From Octopus vulgaris (Eukaryota): a DNA stretch of 64,000 bases. The translations under genes were made by a program, and so were the position numbers. Positions 1 through 14,653 of the stretch are shown piece after piece; positions within the stretch are counted from its first letter, which is position 1; the number at the start of each line of letters is the position of its first letter. The notes under the pieces are model-generated. The model had not been told where the DNA came from. It searched no databases and was given only the letters and a program-made list of their open reading frames with translations. The stretch covers positions 68,758,001 through 68,822,000 of the forward strand of contig OX597821.1 of the NCBI GenBank assembly GCA_951406725.2, in the 5' to 3' direction.

Positions 1-66
1 AGAAGCTAATATTAGTTATCAAACTCACTAAAAGGGAAAATGAAATATTCATAAAAACGTGTATAA

Positions 67-417
67 AACAAGAGCATTCAGAGAGTGCAAACTTCCGCCA
101 AGTGCAACACCAACGTCCTCTCAACGATTAGCCTGAGACGATTTTTAAAATGAGAATATCTGAAATAAACTTGGCTGCTCTCACAAACAAGAATACTAAA
201 AATGAACCTAACTGCTCTCAAAAATTAAGTAAAGAAACAGAAAAAATAATCCAGAATCCTTGTCCGGTAACGGATCGATCCCAAAATCTAATCAATTTGT
301 GCCAGTTACAAGGCCAACATCCCTGAAGGTTTCATCCAAATTCATCGAGCGGTTCTCAAGATATCTTGTCCATACAACTGAAAACAATATCACCGACTTC
401 GCTAAGGCGGAGGTAAT
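67..417 (-). mobile_element. Non-autonomous Helentron/DINE-like element, copy 1
   Basis: Minus strand begins ATTACCTCCGCC; subterminal inverted repeat GGCGGA(A/G)GT and terminal stem-loop GCACTCTCTGAATGC followed by T-rich sequence. Homologous over its length to 38984-39360. Confidence 0.65.
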
Positions 418-787
418 TAGATTAAAAACTTAAATAAAACCATTTTCTCGACAAATGCTAATTAAAATGACATCTTTTGTTGTTCTAAACTGATCAGATA
501 AAGAAGAAAGTTAGTGTATTTTTACAACTGCATGATGCAGAATTTAGTTTTACCTCTGTGTTACATAAATGTAATAGAATGCACAAATCAGAGATTAGGT
601 AAAAAAATAAAAAAAGAGAGAGAGCTGAATTCAGTTGAGTTTCACAGGAGTGTAAAGGCTAATATCAAGGTGAACAATAAATGCTATGATGATGATGATG
701 ATGAGAGTAAATGGACACAAAATAGCAATAGAACTAATGCTTTTTGATGAATTCAAAGTCTATAGGGTTCGGTACCTGTACTGTTAA

Positions 788-1007
788 CCCTTTAGCATTC
801 AGATATCTTTGTCAAATGTAATGCTTATTTATTCACATTGTTTTGAATTAATCGCATATCTCATAGCTTCAAAATTTTGATGATGCAACTATTTTACTTT
901 TATGATGGCATTGTGGGATAGGTACAAAAAGCCAGATCTGGTCAGTTTGAACACACAAGACAGATGGAATAGCTAGGCTGGATATGGCTATTTTGAAGGC
1001 TAAAGGG
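788..1007. mobile_element. piggyBac-type MITE, copy 1
   Basis: TTAA|CCCTTTAGC...GCTAAAGGG|TTAA; homologous to 23726-23937. Confidence 0.8.
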
Positions 1008-1633
1008 TTAAGTATTATCAATCTTCTCTGGAAAAGTTCAATAAACTTTGGAGTACTATTCTTCCTTTAATAATAATAGATAATGGAGAGAGATTTTTTG
1101 GTAAAATTTCATGTGGCAAACAGACAATTATGAAAGAATTGAGGCAACACATTTTAAATTATCTTTCTTAGATACCTCATTTTGTTCTACCAAAATGATT
1201 ATCTTCATATGACACTACTTCCAACAGCAATACTAGGATACCACTTTGAAGACTTTAGTCAATCAAATCGACCCCTGTAATATGTTTTTAAAAGTCTGGC
1301 CCTTATTCTATTTGTCTCGTTTTACTAAGTATCTAAGTTACTGGGCACTAACAAACCAACACCGGTTAAATGGATTCAGAGATAAAACCCCACGCAATGG
1401 ACTTTTGCAGAGCTTCTGTCTATCACATCCACTCACAAGGTATTCTTTGACCCAGAACTACAGTAGTAGACACTTGCCCATGATGTCATATTGTGGGACT
1501 GAGCCTGAAACCATTTGTGCTTGCAAAGCAAACTTCTTCACCCCACAGCCCTTATTACTCATACATAACTCCCCCACCCCCCAAAAAATGAATACTAGCA
1601 ACATAGTATTCAGGAAGCAGTTTTGTTTATGAC

Positions 1634-1866
1634 CAGGGCTGTGGAGTCAAAACAAAAAACTTCAACTCCGACTCCTCTATATAATTAAGTGATTGCGGTC
1701 TACATATCTCATGAAGCATATGCATACACTTGTACTTTAAGTAGGTCTATATGTTATAACCGGTTTATATTAAAGAATAAAGATATTGTGAGTCAGAGTC
1801 AATATAGTTTTACCGACTGACTCCAGCTACCCCTTAATGGTTTCCAACTCCGACTCCACAGCCCTG
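1634..1866. mobile_element. hAT-type MITE, copy 1
   Basis: 15-bp TIR CAGGGCTGTGGAGTC / GACTCCACAGCCCTG; perfect 8-bp TSD TTTATGAC (1626-1633, 1867-1874); internal GACTCC motifs. Confidence 0.9.
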
Positions 1867-2239
1867 TTTATGACAACAGAGTTCACTAGAGCATGCCTTG
1901 GATATGACCTATGGTACTGGAATAAATGACCCTTCCATGTAAATTTAACATGGCAGATCTTGTTGAATCGCCAGCCCTACACAAGAACTGATTAAATTAG
2001 AGTAGAATTTGGTACAAACATGTTCAATGATCATCAGGATATCTCAATTATACATAGAGGAGGCTTTTGAACTATTGTTTAGGGTTTTAAATGGACTTAA
2101 TATTGCCAGGCAACTACCCATTTAGAGTGAACAATGTTATCAAACAAATAGGTGCTTGGAGAATACTTCAAGTGATGGGAGTGCCTTTGAAGGAAGATAT
2201 GTCAAACAATCAACAGGACATATTATCACTGGCTTGAGG

Positions 2240-2405
2240 AGATCATTGGTTCAAGTAGTGGGACACTGGACGGATGGGCCGGTTAAATTGCTCGGGGTCT
2301 GGTTCAGTCCAGACCTCCAAATGGATAAGAACTGGGACGAGATCACGAATAGAGTGGTCACTCTCATCCAAACATGGGCCGAGAGAAAGCTGTCTCTAAA
2401 AGGTG
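2240..2405 (+). mobile_element. L1/Tx1-clade LINE reverse transcriptase fragment
   Basis: Peptide GPVKLLGVWF...NWDEITNRVVTLIQTWAERKLSLKG resembles the RT thumb region (K.LGV...W...LS.KGR). Confidence 0.7.
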
Positions 2406-5400
2406 CTCGGTGTCACTGGCTTTACTTTTTTGCAGCAATATCATGTTAAAGGGATAAGTAATAGGTTAAAATAAAACAAGTTTAACCAATAAATTTTTTA
2501 AAAGACTTAAATTTTAGTTAGGAATATATTTAAGAAAAAAAATTCTCACTTCTCTAATTGAAACTATTTTGGAATACCTCTAACAGTTTTAGTGATTTAT
2601 CTTTTTTTTTATCTCTAACCTGTTTCTGTTACTGGACTATGGTGATGCTGGGGCACCATCTTAAAGGGCTTAGTTGAACAAATTGACCCCCAAACTTTAT
2701 TTTTTTAAAGTCTGGTACCTATTGTATTGGCCGCTTTTACTAAACCTTTTCGTTACAAGGTCATGTATAGAAAAATCTACACTGGTTGATAAAATGGTGG
2801 TGGTGGTGGTGGTGGGAGAAGGTGGGGCAAACTTTTTTTTTTTCTAAATCAGGACAGAGCAAGTTGTGGTTGGAAGGAAATTGTGCAAAGTAAGGGAACT
2901 CAGGAGATATGTAGTTACAGACCTGTAAAGGAAGAATGTAACTGAGAAAAACAATAGAGCTAAATTTTTATTGCTCGCTCCTATTTGTATAACAATTACT
3001 GAGGATAAATAAATTTAAGGAACCAATGTAGACAAGAGGACAGAAAATCATTAGGATTAAAAGGTTCAAATTGACTTCCTTTAGTTTCAAATTTTGTATT
3101 TAAATACATTCTGTACACATATACATATAATAGCTCATTTGTTAGGTCAATAAACTATCAAACAGTTTATCAGCTCCTAATCCAGTCAATGTTCTACTAC
3201 AACTAGTACTACAAAGTTGTTAAGGATTAGACCAGTTGTAACTGAGTAGACTTGTGATCAAAGGCATTCCGGTCAATACCATTTTAGTTTTTTGTGTATG
3301 TATCTAAAACTATACTGACCAATGTGTTGTTCCACTTTAAGATATTAGGGTGTGATATGGAGAAATTTTATTGAAAATACTAGGAAGTTGAAGTTCTCTC
3401 AAAGACCAGTAACAAAGATATCCCAAACCTTGCTCAGAGAAAAAGCACAACCTTGACCACTGTAATGGGTTAAAATTGATGAGGACCTAGTGATGATAAC
3501 TGGGTATGGGACATTTTGGTGCTGCCTGTTTGCCATCACTGATTCAACACCAACTTACTTGACATGACGTTTTAAGGTTTCTCACATTCTCTCCATCCGT
3601 CTCCTCTCTATCTGTATGTGTATATTTGCACATGTGCTTGTTTGTCTGTGTGCCTTTGCCTCCAGTATCAAAACAGGTTGAACCCAGTCAGCTGTGCAAA
3701 ATCATAAGTGTCCAAACAGCCACACCAAATCATCTAATTCCAATGCTAACTGCAGCTCAGCTGTTAACTTGTACCACATCATTATCTAAGATGGTGCCGT
3801 AAGTAACTTTGGAGTCAGTTTAGACATTACAAGTAGATAATGACAACAACAGTAGCAACAACAAATGGCCACATTAAAGGTGAGGATAATGACTGCTACA
3901 ATGAAGATAATGTCAAAATAATCTCGTTGAAAGTACAAAGATGAACTGATGCCAGAATAGTAAGTCACTAATCACAAAATAAATTAACCAAATGAAACAT
4001 TATAGGCTGAATGTGGACTTCTTTCTTGACCTGTAATTAAATACTATAAACAGTTATACTGACATTTGGGGAACTTGGTGATTATATTTTCTTATCAGAA
4101 TTAAAGATGAAATAGTGTAATTTATACTGCTTTAATGATACAAAGCAATACCATATTCAATAGTTCTGAATTCATAACCTTCATTTTAGAAAGTGAATGG
4201 CCTAAACATTCAGAGTCTATCAAGAGGCATTTAAAGTGGTTATATCCTGAAATGGGCAGGTTGCTCTTAAATTTTTTTTTTTTTATTTTTAATGACTGAG
4301 AAACAATTTGCCCTGTCAAATCATGTCAGTTTATCTTCTATGAATAGTTTCTTAGCAACCACACACACACACACACACTGTTCTCATATTAAGACCTATT
4401 GATCTAAACAGCATATGCTCAGTCAGACAATAACAATACTTTTTACAGCACAGCAGCTCAAGTATTTAATTACAATTCAATTAAAAGACATCAAATGACT
4501 GATTAGCATTCTTTGCTTCTAAAACAAAGAGCAAAAGATCTCATCATGCCACTAACTGTGGCTGCACCTGTAATGAAAACAAAATACAACTTTTGCTTAA
4601 TATTTCAATGGTTGATGTTAGGAAGACTATCGGTCACAGACTATCTGAACAAATTGAACAGGTGCATATGAAAATTGACAGATGAGTGAACAAGGGTTAA
4701 CCACTCTAATGGAAAGGGGCTTGCAGAAGACATAGGAAAAAGTGGTGAGGGCCAATCTCAATGTCAGATTTCATGGAAATACAAGCATAAAATATTGCTG
4801 CATATGTTGACAAAATCTTGCAAATTCTTCACCCTTCTAAATCAATGTTCTTTTTTAATCACAAGCAGTTGTGTGGTTAAGAATTTTGCTTCCCCAATAT
4901 ATTGTTTCAGGCTCAGTCCCACTGTGTGGCACCTTGGGCTAGTGTCATTATAGCTCCCAGCTGATAAAGCCTTCTAAGTGATAGTTGTAAATAAGTGTCA
5001 CTTTCATACCAGCAGTATCATTCATTTCCAGAATTCTGCAAGAACATGTCTGACTGTGGGGATGCTTAATTACTTAGCTATGAAACAGGTAAGAGCTAGT
5101 GACAGGGAGGAAATCCAGAGATAGAAAATCTGCTTCAAGATACATCTGAACCATGGCAACACAGAAAAGTGGGTATTAAAACAACGAAAATGATGATGAT
5201 GTAAACATACAGGAAAAGCTGACAAAATGGGAAAGCATAAATCCTTCATCAAATTATGATGGAATCATTGTTCTGATTATTATACATTACTTAACATCAG
5301 AAACATTTTAAGCTAGTACGAAAATTATGAGTCAGGCAACCTTAAGTCAGTTGTGATGAAGTTCAAGATATTTCTATGAAACAGAAATTTTACTTAGTAA

Positions 5401-6529
5401 CATAACCATTTCCTAGGAGAGAAAATACAAAATTCATGTTGAAGGATAACTGTAAAAAGGTTCTTAAATACCTCAAAACTAGTGTCAAACTTTGCTTCAA
5501 TTAACAATTCCCAAATGTACACAATACTAAAGATTCTATCACTCAGCTTATGAGGACCCTCCCCAACCTTTTGGTCTAAGCTACATGTTCTATTTGAAAT
5601 AGATTTTCAAAGAAATCAACTATGTTACATAAAGTATGAAGAATCCCGTTATTCCTATAAAACAACAAAAATAAATAAATTATATATATAAATTAGAACT
5701 CGACCTGCTTGCTTTTAACCAATATTCCTCCCTTAGAAACCATGTTAGAGTCCTATATGCTTTAAAACAACTGACAGAGCCCCATATGAACTACTAACCT
5801 GTAGCAGCAATAGCTTGGCTACAATATGAAAACTAACTCAAAGAAACCACATGTGCAGCCTAAGATACACACTAACTCGCAAACTTGATTTTAAAACGAT
5901 ACTGACATAGGAGTGGCTGTGTAGTTAAGCTTGCTTCCCAACCATGCAGTCCTGGGTTCAATCCCACTGTGCAGCACCTTGGACAAGTGTCTTCTACTAT
6001 GGACTCAGGTCAACCAAAGCCTTTTCAGTGGATTTAGTAGAGGAAAAAAGCTTGTCATGTGTTTGTGTACCCTTGCCTCAACATTATGTGACGGTTGTAA
6101 ATGAGCATTATGGTCATAAAAGTGAGGTGGTTTGTTTTTAATTTTCCATGAAAAACCTGTTTAGCTATGGGAAAATATTACCTAGCTTAGAAACAAAAGA
6201 GGGGTGGTGACAGGAAGGACATCTGATGATAGAAAATCTACCTTGTCAAATTTCATCTGACCCACGCAAAAATGAAAGAAATGGACATTAATAACAAGTT
6301 GATAACTGTGCCCCCAGTACCAAAGGATTAAAAAAAAATTATCCAAGATTGTTTTCTTTTAAATAATTTAATGAAATATATAAATTTTTGACAAGTAAAA
6401 GAAAAAGCTTCGAACAAATATATAACATTGTTAGCATTGGTTCATTCAAAATTGAATTTCACTTGTGAATCAGAAATCTACAAATTTTTTTTAATAGAAA
6501 AGAAGTGGTCTCTTCTAGGTAGTGATGAT

Positions 6530-7135
6530 GAGCTTTTCTAGTATAGGCACAGGGCCTGGAGTTTTATTGGGGGTGGGTAGTAAATTGCCCTGTCAACAGC
6601 TAATTATTTCATCAAAAGGATGAAAGGCAAAGTCAACCTGAGCAGAATTTGAACTCAGAATAAAGACAGACAAAATACCTATTTCTTTACTACCTAAACA
6701 CAGAGGGGACAAACAAGGACAGACAAACGGATTAAGTCGATTACATCGCCCCCAGTGCGTAACTGGTACTTATTTAATTGACCTCGAAAGGATGAAAGGC
6801 AAAGTCGACCTCGGCGGAATTTGAACTCAGAACGTAGCAGCAGACGAAATACCATTAAGCATTTTGTCCAGTGTGCTAACAATTCTGCCAGCTCATTGCC
6901 TTAAATAATAATCCCTTCTACTATAAGCACAAGGCCTGGAATTTGTGGGGAGAGGACTAATCGATTACATCAACCCCAATGTTTCATTGGTACTTAATTT
7001 ATCAACCTCAAAAGGCTGAAAGGCAAAGTCAACCGCAATGGAATTTGAACTCGGAATGTAGCAATGGGCAAAATACTGCTAAGCACTTTGTCCAGCATGC
7101 TAACGATTCTGCCAGCTTGCTGCCTTTCATTGCCT
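6530..7135 (-). mobile_element. Cluster of three Meta-domain SINE copies
   Basis: Repeated GGATGAAAGGCAAAGTCGACC...GGAATTTGAACTCAGAA, the reverse complement of a B-box plus Meta core GCCTTTCATCCTTTC. Confidence 0.75.
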
Positions 7136-10016
7136 TAATAATCATAATTCACAATCAATTAAATACTTGATAATCACCTGTTGTGTTGTTTATAATTTAT
7201 CAAGTCTATCCTTCTGTGAAGCAGAGTGTCCCAAGTATTTGAATATTACTAATATTGCATTGTGTACCTAACAGCCTCTGATACATTTTACTGTTGAACC
7301 CATGCTAGTTATAATTTATGCACTGCTGGAATTTGCAAAACCATCCATCACATTAATAATGATCAACATGTGAAATGTTAAAACTTTAATGGACAGCAAC
7401 TAAAAAACAACAAAAATAATATTACCATTTTTTTCATGACTATCCAAAAGGTAAAAAAAAAAAAAATGCAACAAAGAGCTTTTTTATAATTGCACTTAAA
7501 ATACACAGGCTTTGAATTGAGACAGCAAATAATAAAAAATGAAAGTTATTAAACTGTCAGACTTATGAGGGTCGTTGTTGAAAAGTGAAAATACATAACA
7601 GTATGAGTATGTCAATTCAGTACATGCTACACAAAAGATGGCCCAAGAAAGGAGCCTCTATGTGGTCGTTCGATCTACTAGAAATAGCAGCCAAATCCTT
7701 CACAAAGAGCATCCAAGTGTTTTATAAACAAAACGCACACTGGATAAGCTACTTTAGATATCCTCTGTCCAAAATAGTAACATCTGGAATGCTTTTGATC
7801 AAAATATCCCATATGAGAGAGTTCAACTGTGACTAAACAGGAAATTGACTTGTTCAACATTATATAACACAAATAGCAACAGAACAGCTGCTGGTTGTTT
7901 GTTCTTGGATGGCTTCAGCAAACTCTACTTAAGCAGGCTTAGTGTCATGAAAGAAACTGATAAAATATTATTATAAAGCATACTGTCCTACGTTTTAGGA
8001 ATTCAAACATGTAGCCCCTATTTTTTCTAGAAACTAATTTTGTCACTCAGTCCAGTACTGAAGCATCTCATCCACGAAGATCAGTATCCTGAGATCCAGC
8101 CTCACCAATTCTTATGTCTCTCTTCAAATTGGTGAAAAAAATGTTCAATGATAGATTTAGCAGATCTAAAGGCTGTATGGAATCTTCCCAACCAACACAA
8201 AAAGAAAAAAAAAAGTTAACATAATCTACCAAAATTAATGGGACTTCCACTCTAACAATACCACTCTTCCTTTGATAACTCTTGTTCTTCCTCTATAGAA
8301 GACCATCACAAATTGGATGCCTTTGACAATAGTTCTGATCAAGAGTGAGCTGGAGCAAAACAACTGTTAATACATAGGAGGAATCAAAGTTGTCTTTCCA
8401 AGCTTAAATAGTTAAAAAGAAGCTCAACAATCAAATTAACAAATATGATTTGATACTTTTTCTTGAAAGTTTAACTTTTCATATACATAGAAGCTAAAGA
8501 TGCTCAGTTTGGAAATATAAATGAAAATTTAAACCTGAGAAAAAACAACAACAAAAAGGCTTCAATTGAAAATTGACAGCTGAGATGTTAATTTAAATAT
8601 CACACATTTAAAAAGAACAATCTGAGATAGGATTTTAAAAAAGTGATAGGACGCAAACCATCTATGTATTACTGGCCAGGCAACCACACTGCTGATTACA
8701 ATAGAGTGCACCTATCATTTGCCATATTCAAATTAACAGAATAACCTAGCCTGAAAATGCTAAGAGACTATTAAATTGTCATCTAAAGACAAAATAACAG
8801 AAACAAGCACTTCTCTAATATTTAACCTATCATCCTCTAGCATAAAGCTAACCCCTATCTTGGAGGTTCATAGCCTTGCAAGCTGCATGGTGGCCTCACT
8901 AGTGCCAGTGGCATGAAAAAAAAAGCACCCAGTAAACATTGTAAAGTGGTTGACATTAGGAAGAGCATCCAACAATAGAAACCCTGCTAAAGCATTGTTG
9001 CTCCATGATGCAGTCCTTGAACCCATCAGATCCTATAAAATTGCCCAATCCATGCCAGCATAGAATATGGATGCTAAAAGATGATGATGGTGTATACAAG
9101 AGGAAATGACAAATACTCTATAATGAGGACTCTCAACAAGCAATAAATATGTAGTTTGGGTTCTGTTATTTACTCTTCTCCACCTCGGGTTGGCACTTAG
9201 AATGTCTAACAGAGATTGTATTATGTAATTATTGAATTCATGTCGAAGTGAAAGTTCATAAGGAAAGTGATTGGGAAGGTGACTTATGACAAAACGAGAA
9301 GTCTATTCAAGCCAGCCAGCTAGCCATGTTCTAATAAAAAGAACCAGCAGAAATATCTATGTGCTATTGATCAGCAAATAGAAATAAAACAAAGTATCCC
9401 ATGCAAAGAAATAAAGTCAATAAGCATAATGGAAACAATAAGACCAGCATTCAGTTTCATATTGATCTCAACCGTACCATATACAATAAACCTCGGGATA
9501 TATTGAAATCAGTTTCAATTATTAGTGTTTCAAATAGCAATCATTTGGAACAGGTGAATTATTTATTCAAAAAGACTCAAGCATTCGACTCTTCATATAC
9601 CTATTCCAGGTATGAACAAACATCATACATCACAGGTATTCAAAGAGAGTTTTGATTATTTATTAGCAAATAAATGTAGGCATTTCATTAAAAAAATACC
9701 CAATTACTATAAATGTACAGTTGAATGAAAGAAACTGGTTCAAAAAGACTAGTGTATTTATAAACATCAGGAAAATTTCTCTTGAGTTAGTTATGAAAAT
9801 TAGTTTCCTCATCCATCAGTTAATAGGTGCAGGCATGGCTGTGTGGTTGAGAAGTGCTCCGCAACTATGTGTCCTTGGGTTCAGTCCCACCGCCTGGTAC
9901 CTTGGGTAACTGTCTTTTTCTATAGTCCCAGGCCAACCAAAGCCTCATGAGTGGATCTGGTAAATGGAAGCTAAAAGAAACCCATTGTGTGTGTGTGCGC
10001 GTGCATGCTGATCTCC

Positions 10017-10430
10017 AGTTGTAAAGGAAACATATGGAAGGGGTAGACGGAGGAAGATGTGGGATAAAGTGGTGAGAAAGGATCTACAAATGTTGGGACT
10101 GAGACTCCTGGCAGACTGTGGTCCTTGAAAAGACATCAAGCTAAGTAAATGCATGGTTGTCCTTGCATACAGGCTCGTCCCCTGCAACCCTCTCCAGCTG
10201 AGCATCTCTAATCTCATGAGGTCAATAAGTGCTGGTGCCACATAAAAAGCACCCATACCAGTGCTGCATAAAAACAGCCAGAACACCCTGTAAAATGGTT
10301 GGCATTAGGAAGGGCATCCAACCATAGAAACCATGTCAAAACAGACAGGGAGCCTGAACAACCCTTCAGCTCCTGTCAATCTGTCCAACCCATGTCAGCA
10401 TGGAAAACAGACATTAAATGAAGATGATAA
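10017..10430 (+). mobile_element. RTE-clade LINE 3' end
   Basis: Degenerate C-terminal peptide GRGRRRKMWDKVVRKDL followed by the GGAAGGGCATCC...CCAACCCATG...(GAT)n tail seen in many other copies here. Confidence 0.55.
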
Positions 10431-11046
10431 TACACGCACGTGTGTGCGCACATTGTGTACGCATCTACCCTTTGTCTTGACATTGCGGAATGATTGTAAA
10501 TACAGATCATCATCACACAAGCAAGCTTGTTTGTTTCCAGCTAAGGGAAAATATTTCCTTGCTTGGAAACAGCAAGGGTATCTAGCCATAGAAAATCTGT
10601 TTCAGCAAATTCTATTTGACACATGAAAAATTGAAAATTAAAAATGATGATCAGTATTAATTCATATTCTAGAAGTGAACTAATCAATATGACATAAATG
10701 CAATGATAGAATATATTTGACTATCATGAATCTCAGTAATATTGCTAATTTATCATTCCATAGTGAACCACTAAGAAATCTAAACTATAAATTTACTACA
10801 TAATTTTTCTATATTGTAAATTTACCTTCCACATGACTGAAAACATTACATTTCAGTTTGAAAAATTAAGGTTTCCTGTTTAATTAACAGAATTATCTTC
10901 TCCAGTTTTAGTGGATGAGAACTCCACAGACATTAGCATTGATACTGCATAACATAGTTGGGCTTTTAAAGTACAGATGTAGTTCATGTACAGTTTGCAT
11001 TTACAAAATTTCAACCACAAAGGCTTAGATAAACTGAGGTTATAAT

Positions 11047-11301
11047 CAAGGCTGTGGAGTCGGAGCCGTGGAGTCAGAGTTGGAAACGATTAAGGGGTAG
11101 TTGGAGTTAGTAAAACTATGCTGACTCCAACTCCTCTTTATTCTTTAATATAAACCACTGAACATAAAGGCCTCCTCAAAGTACAAGAATATGCGTTATG
11201 AGATATGTAGACCACAATCAATTACAGAAAGAGTTGGAGTCAACGGTACCAATAGTAGAGGAGTCAAAGTTAAAGATTTTCATTTCGACTCCACAGCCCT
11301 G
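11047..11301. mobile_element. hAT-type MITE, copy 2 (inverted relative to copy 1)
   Basis: CAAGGCTGTGGAGTC...GACTCCACAGCCCTG; degenerate 8-bp TSD GTTATAAT / TTTATAAC. Confidence 0.8.
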
Positions 11302-14300
11302 TTTATAACAGAAGGTATACTAATAATGTGGAGACTAAACCTAGAGCCTTGTGGTTTTGAACAAACTTAATCATTTATCCATATGTCTAATACTACATAC
11401 AAACAAGATTTATTTAGAAGTCCCATGCTAGCTAGACTTTTGACATTACAATCTGCTGCAGGATTCATAAATCAAGACCCCAGAACATACTAATATTTAT
11501 CAGTCTTGGTAGGATGAAAGGTAGAGTCAAACTTCACAATATTAGAACTCAAAGAGCAAAGGAACATAACCAAATACCACATGATATTCTCCTAAGGTGT
11601 GACTGTGTAGTTAAGATTACTTTGTAACCACATAATCCACTGCATGGGATCTTTAATGTCTATTATTATAACCTTGAGTTCAGCAATACCTTGTGAGTGG
11701 AATTTCACATTGACTTCTATTATATGTGTGTGCGTCAAACACCAATGTTTGTCAGTAAAAGATGTAAAACATTGGTAAAAAAAAAATGGTGCTTTACAAT
11801 AAAATTATCTCGTGTGATAATTGCTCTACCCAAACTGTGCATACAATTGATATTCTCACTGTCAGAAACAATAGAGGAACAGTGACTAGTCTATTGGGAA
11901 CATGTAACCAATGGCAGAATTGTGCACAAAATGCAATTTCAAAAAATCTGAAACACTTTTATAGAACAGTGTTTTATTCAAGAGGAAAACAAGCATTATT
12001 GGTATGTAACTAATACTGTTCTGCTCTTTTGGAGCATTAAATGCAATCAAAATAATTCAGTCAATCTCAATACTGCTTACTACAATAACGTCCCATTTAT
12101 GTGATAAGGCACTTACAACAAATGAAACCTTCATTGACAACCTTTTGTCAATACAACACACGAGAAACATTTACTGAAATAAATACACAGTATGTTGGAA
12201 ATAAGAAATCAGCTACAACAAGAGACCTTTTGAAATAATAATCAGTTGTTTACAGAATCTACTAGAATGAATTTGCTAAATAATCTGCTGCGTGACTTTC
12301 AATGCAAAAGACGAACACACTTCTATGACGAACAGAACCTTATAACAACAGGTGATTCAAGAAGGAGCTCAAATGTCAAAGAAAAAATCTCAAAAGATTA
12401 CCTGAGAAACACTTTCAAACAACTTATTTACAAAGGAATGTTTAAATACTAAAATATATCAACAATGACATATGGTTAAACTAGTATTAAATCAACTTTC
12501 AACCTTTTCTACCAGAATATCTAGTGGTATTTGATTAAGATTCTTTGTTCTTCAAATCCTAACCCTGAGAACATAGTTTCTCCCCTTCATCCTCCTGAAG
12601 TTAATACCAAAATGTATGGCAGTCAACATAATTAACAATACTTACATGGTTAAGTAGTTCAATTCACAGCAATGTGATTCCAGGTTCAGTCCCACTGTGC
12701 AGCATCTTGGGCAAGTATCTTCTATATCCCTAGGTTGACCAATGTCTTGTGAATGAATTGGACCAAAGGAAACTAAGTGAAAGCCTACAGTGTGTGTGTC
12801 CCAACACTTGACAAGAGTTGGTTTGTTTACAACCTGTAACTTTGCTATTCAGAAAATGAGCCTGATAGGACAAGTACCAGACTTAGAAAATGAGTATTGG
12901 GGTTGATTTATTCAACTAAACCCTGCAAGGCAGTGCCCCAGTGTGGCCACAATCCAATGACAAACAAGTAAAAGGAGAGAAAAAAATCACATATTTAAAA
13001 ATTACACAGAATACCCAAAAATAGTCAAATGATTATATCCAAGAATTATTTCACTCAACCAGAGTCCTGCTTTTTAAGAAACAGGAAAATTGAATTTTCA
13101 ACATGTACACCATGTCAAGAGATGGTTAAAGTTTATTTAAAGTAGGTCATGAGTCACAGGTTTTAAACGCTGCTCTACTATGAACATTCCAACTGTCAAA
13201 GTCCCTCGGCTTCTTAAATATTTTTTTTTGTCATCTCTTAGCCACAACAAAGAATTCTCATAAGGTGCATCATATATCATTGTCAAAATATAATGTAGTA
13301 TGGTTATCATTTCATATAACTTTAGTCTACTTTCCTTACCCTAGATCTGTAAACAATAATTTTACTTGTCAGCTACTACTGTCATATCAATTTTTCAAGC
13401 CCAAGCAAAAGTGCAATTAGCTTCAATATTGTCACTTGATCTACTAGAAATAGCAGCAAAATTTACAGTCATAGATAGCTATCACTAAAATGAAAGATGG
13501 TTACAACAGGAATGTCTTTCACTATAGATCTTCTCAAAGTTGATAAACATCAATTATGATACTAAAGGTATAAAATAATTTTTTTTTAAATGGTCATTAC
13601 TTAGTCATTTCAATCCTTCACACTGTTTTATTCAAGTTTCATCAAAGCAAAAGATACATTAACAATTGAAATTACAAGTATTATAGTCTTCCAGCTCTTG
13701 TTAAAAGGGGAACATTCATGAAGTTTAAGCTCTATCCTAGTCTTTTCCTATCAAGAAAGCAAAGATATTATCACCAGCATCAATGATAATTCTTTCATGC
13801 AATTTCTCACTAGAAAATAACAGTTTTGATTTTGAAGAAGTCACATGAGTTAATCAAAGATATGACATACAAGTTGTTAGATGCAGACAAGTGCAACACA
13901 CAAATCTATTGTATTATATAAACAAATACCATGCCTTCACCAAGCTAAAGACTGGACCATACTGCACACTCCAACAGTGATGAATCATATATAGGATTCA
14001 ATGTGACTGTCTGCACATACACTCTCCTCACTGTCCAATCTATTTTTGTAAGTGTAGTTCCAAGTAGACTTAGTCAGAGAACAATAGTTACTATTCCTCT
14101 GGTGATGTGCATCCTAACACTTTGTCTGGCATTGAGGATGCAGCAGCTATTTGTACATTTTTGTTTTCAATCACTATCAATGACTCACTTCTGACACCTT
14201 TTCACACACCCTTATATTCACTATTTAAATTATGTGATCTACAGTCAAACAGAGATTAGCACTAAAAACAAATTTTTATATCTATAAAATTTAAGTGAAA

Positions 14301-14653
14301 TGGAAAATTGAGTAAAATGCTCAAATATGAAGCCATCATCATTTAGCTTCCACTTTTCCATATTTGCATGGGTTGGATGGTATTTGCTGAGACAGATTTT
14401 TCCACAGCTTGATGTCTTATCTGTCACCAACTCCCACATGTTTCCAAGTAAGGTACTATTTCCCATGACTAGTCATGTTTCCAAAGTTTCCATCTACAAA
14501 ATCTGTTCACAAGCCTTTGGTTGGCCCAGGACTATAGAAAACACTTACCCAAGGTGCCACACAGTGGGACTGATCCCAAGACCAAACTTGGGAAGCAAAC
14601 TTCTTACCACAAAGCCACAATGGCTATAAAGAGGATGTTGAAATTATACAATA

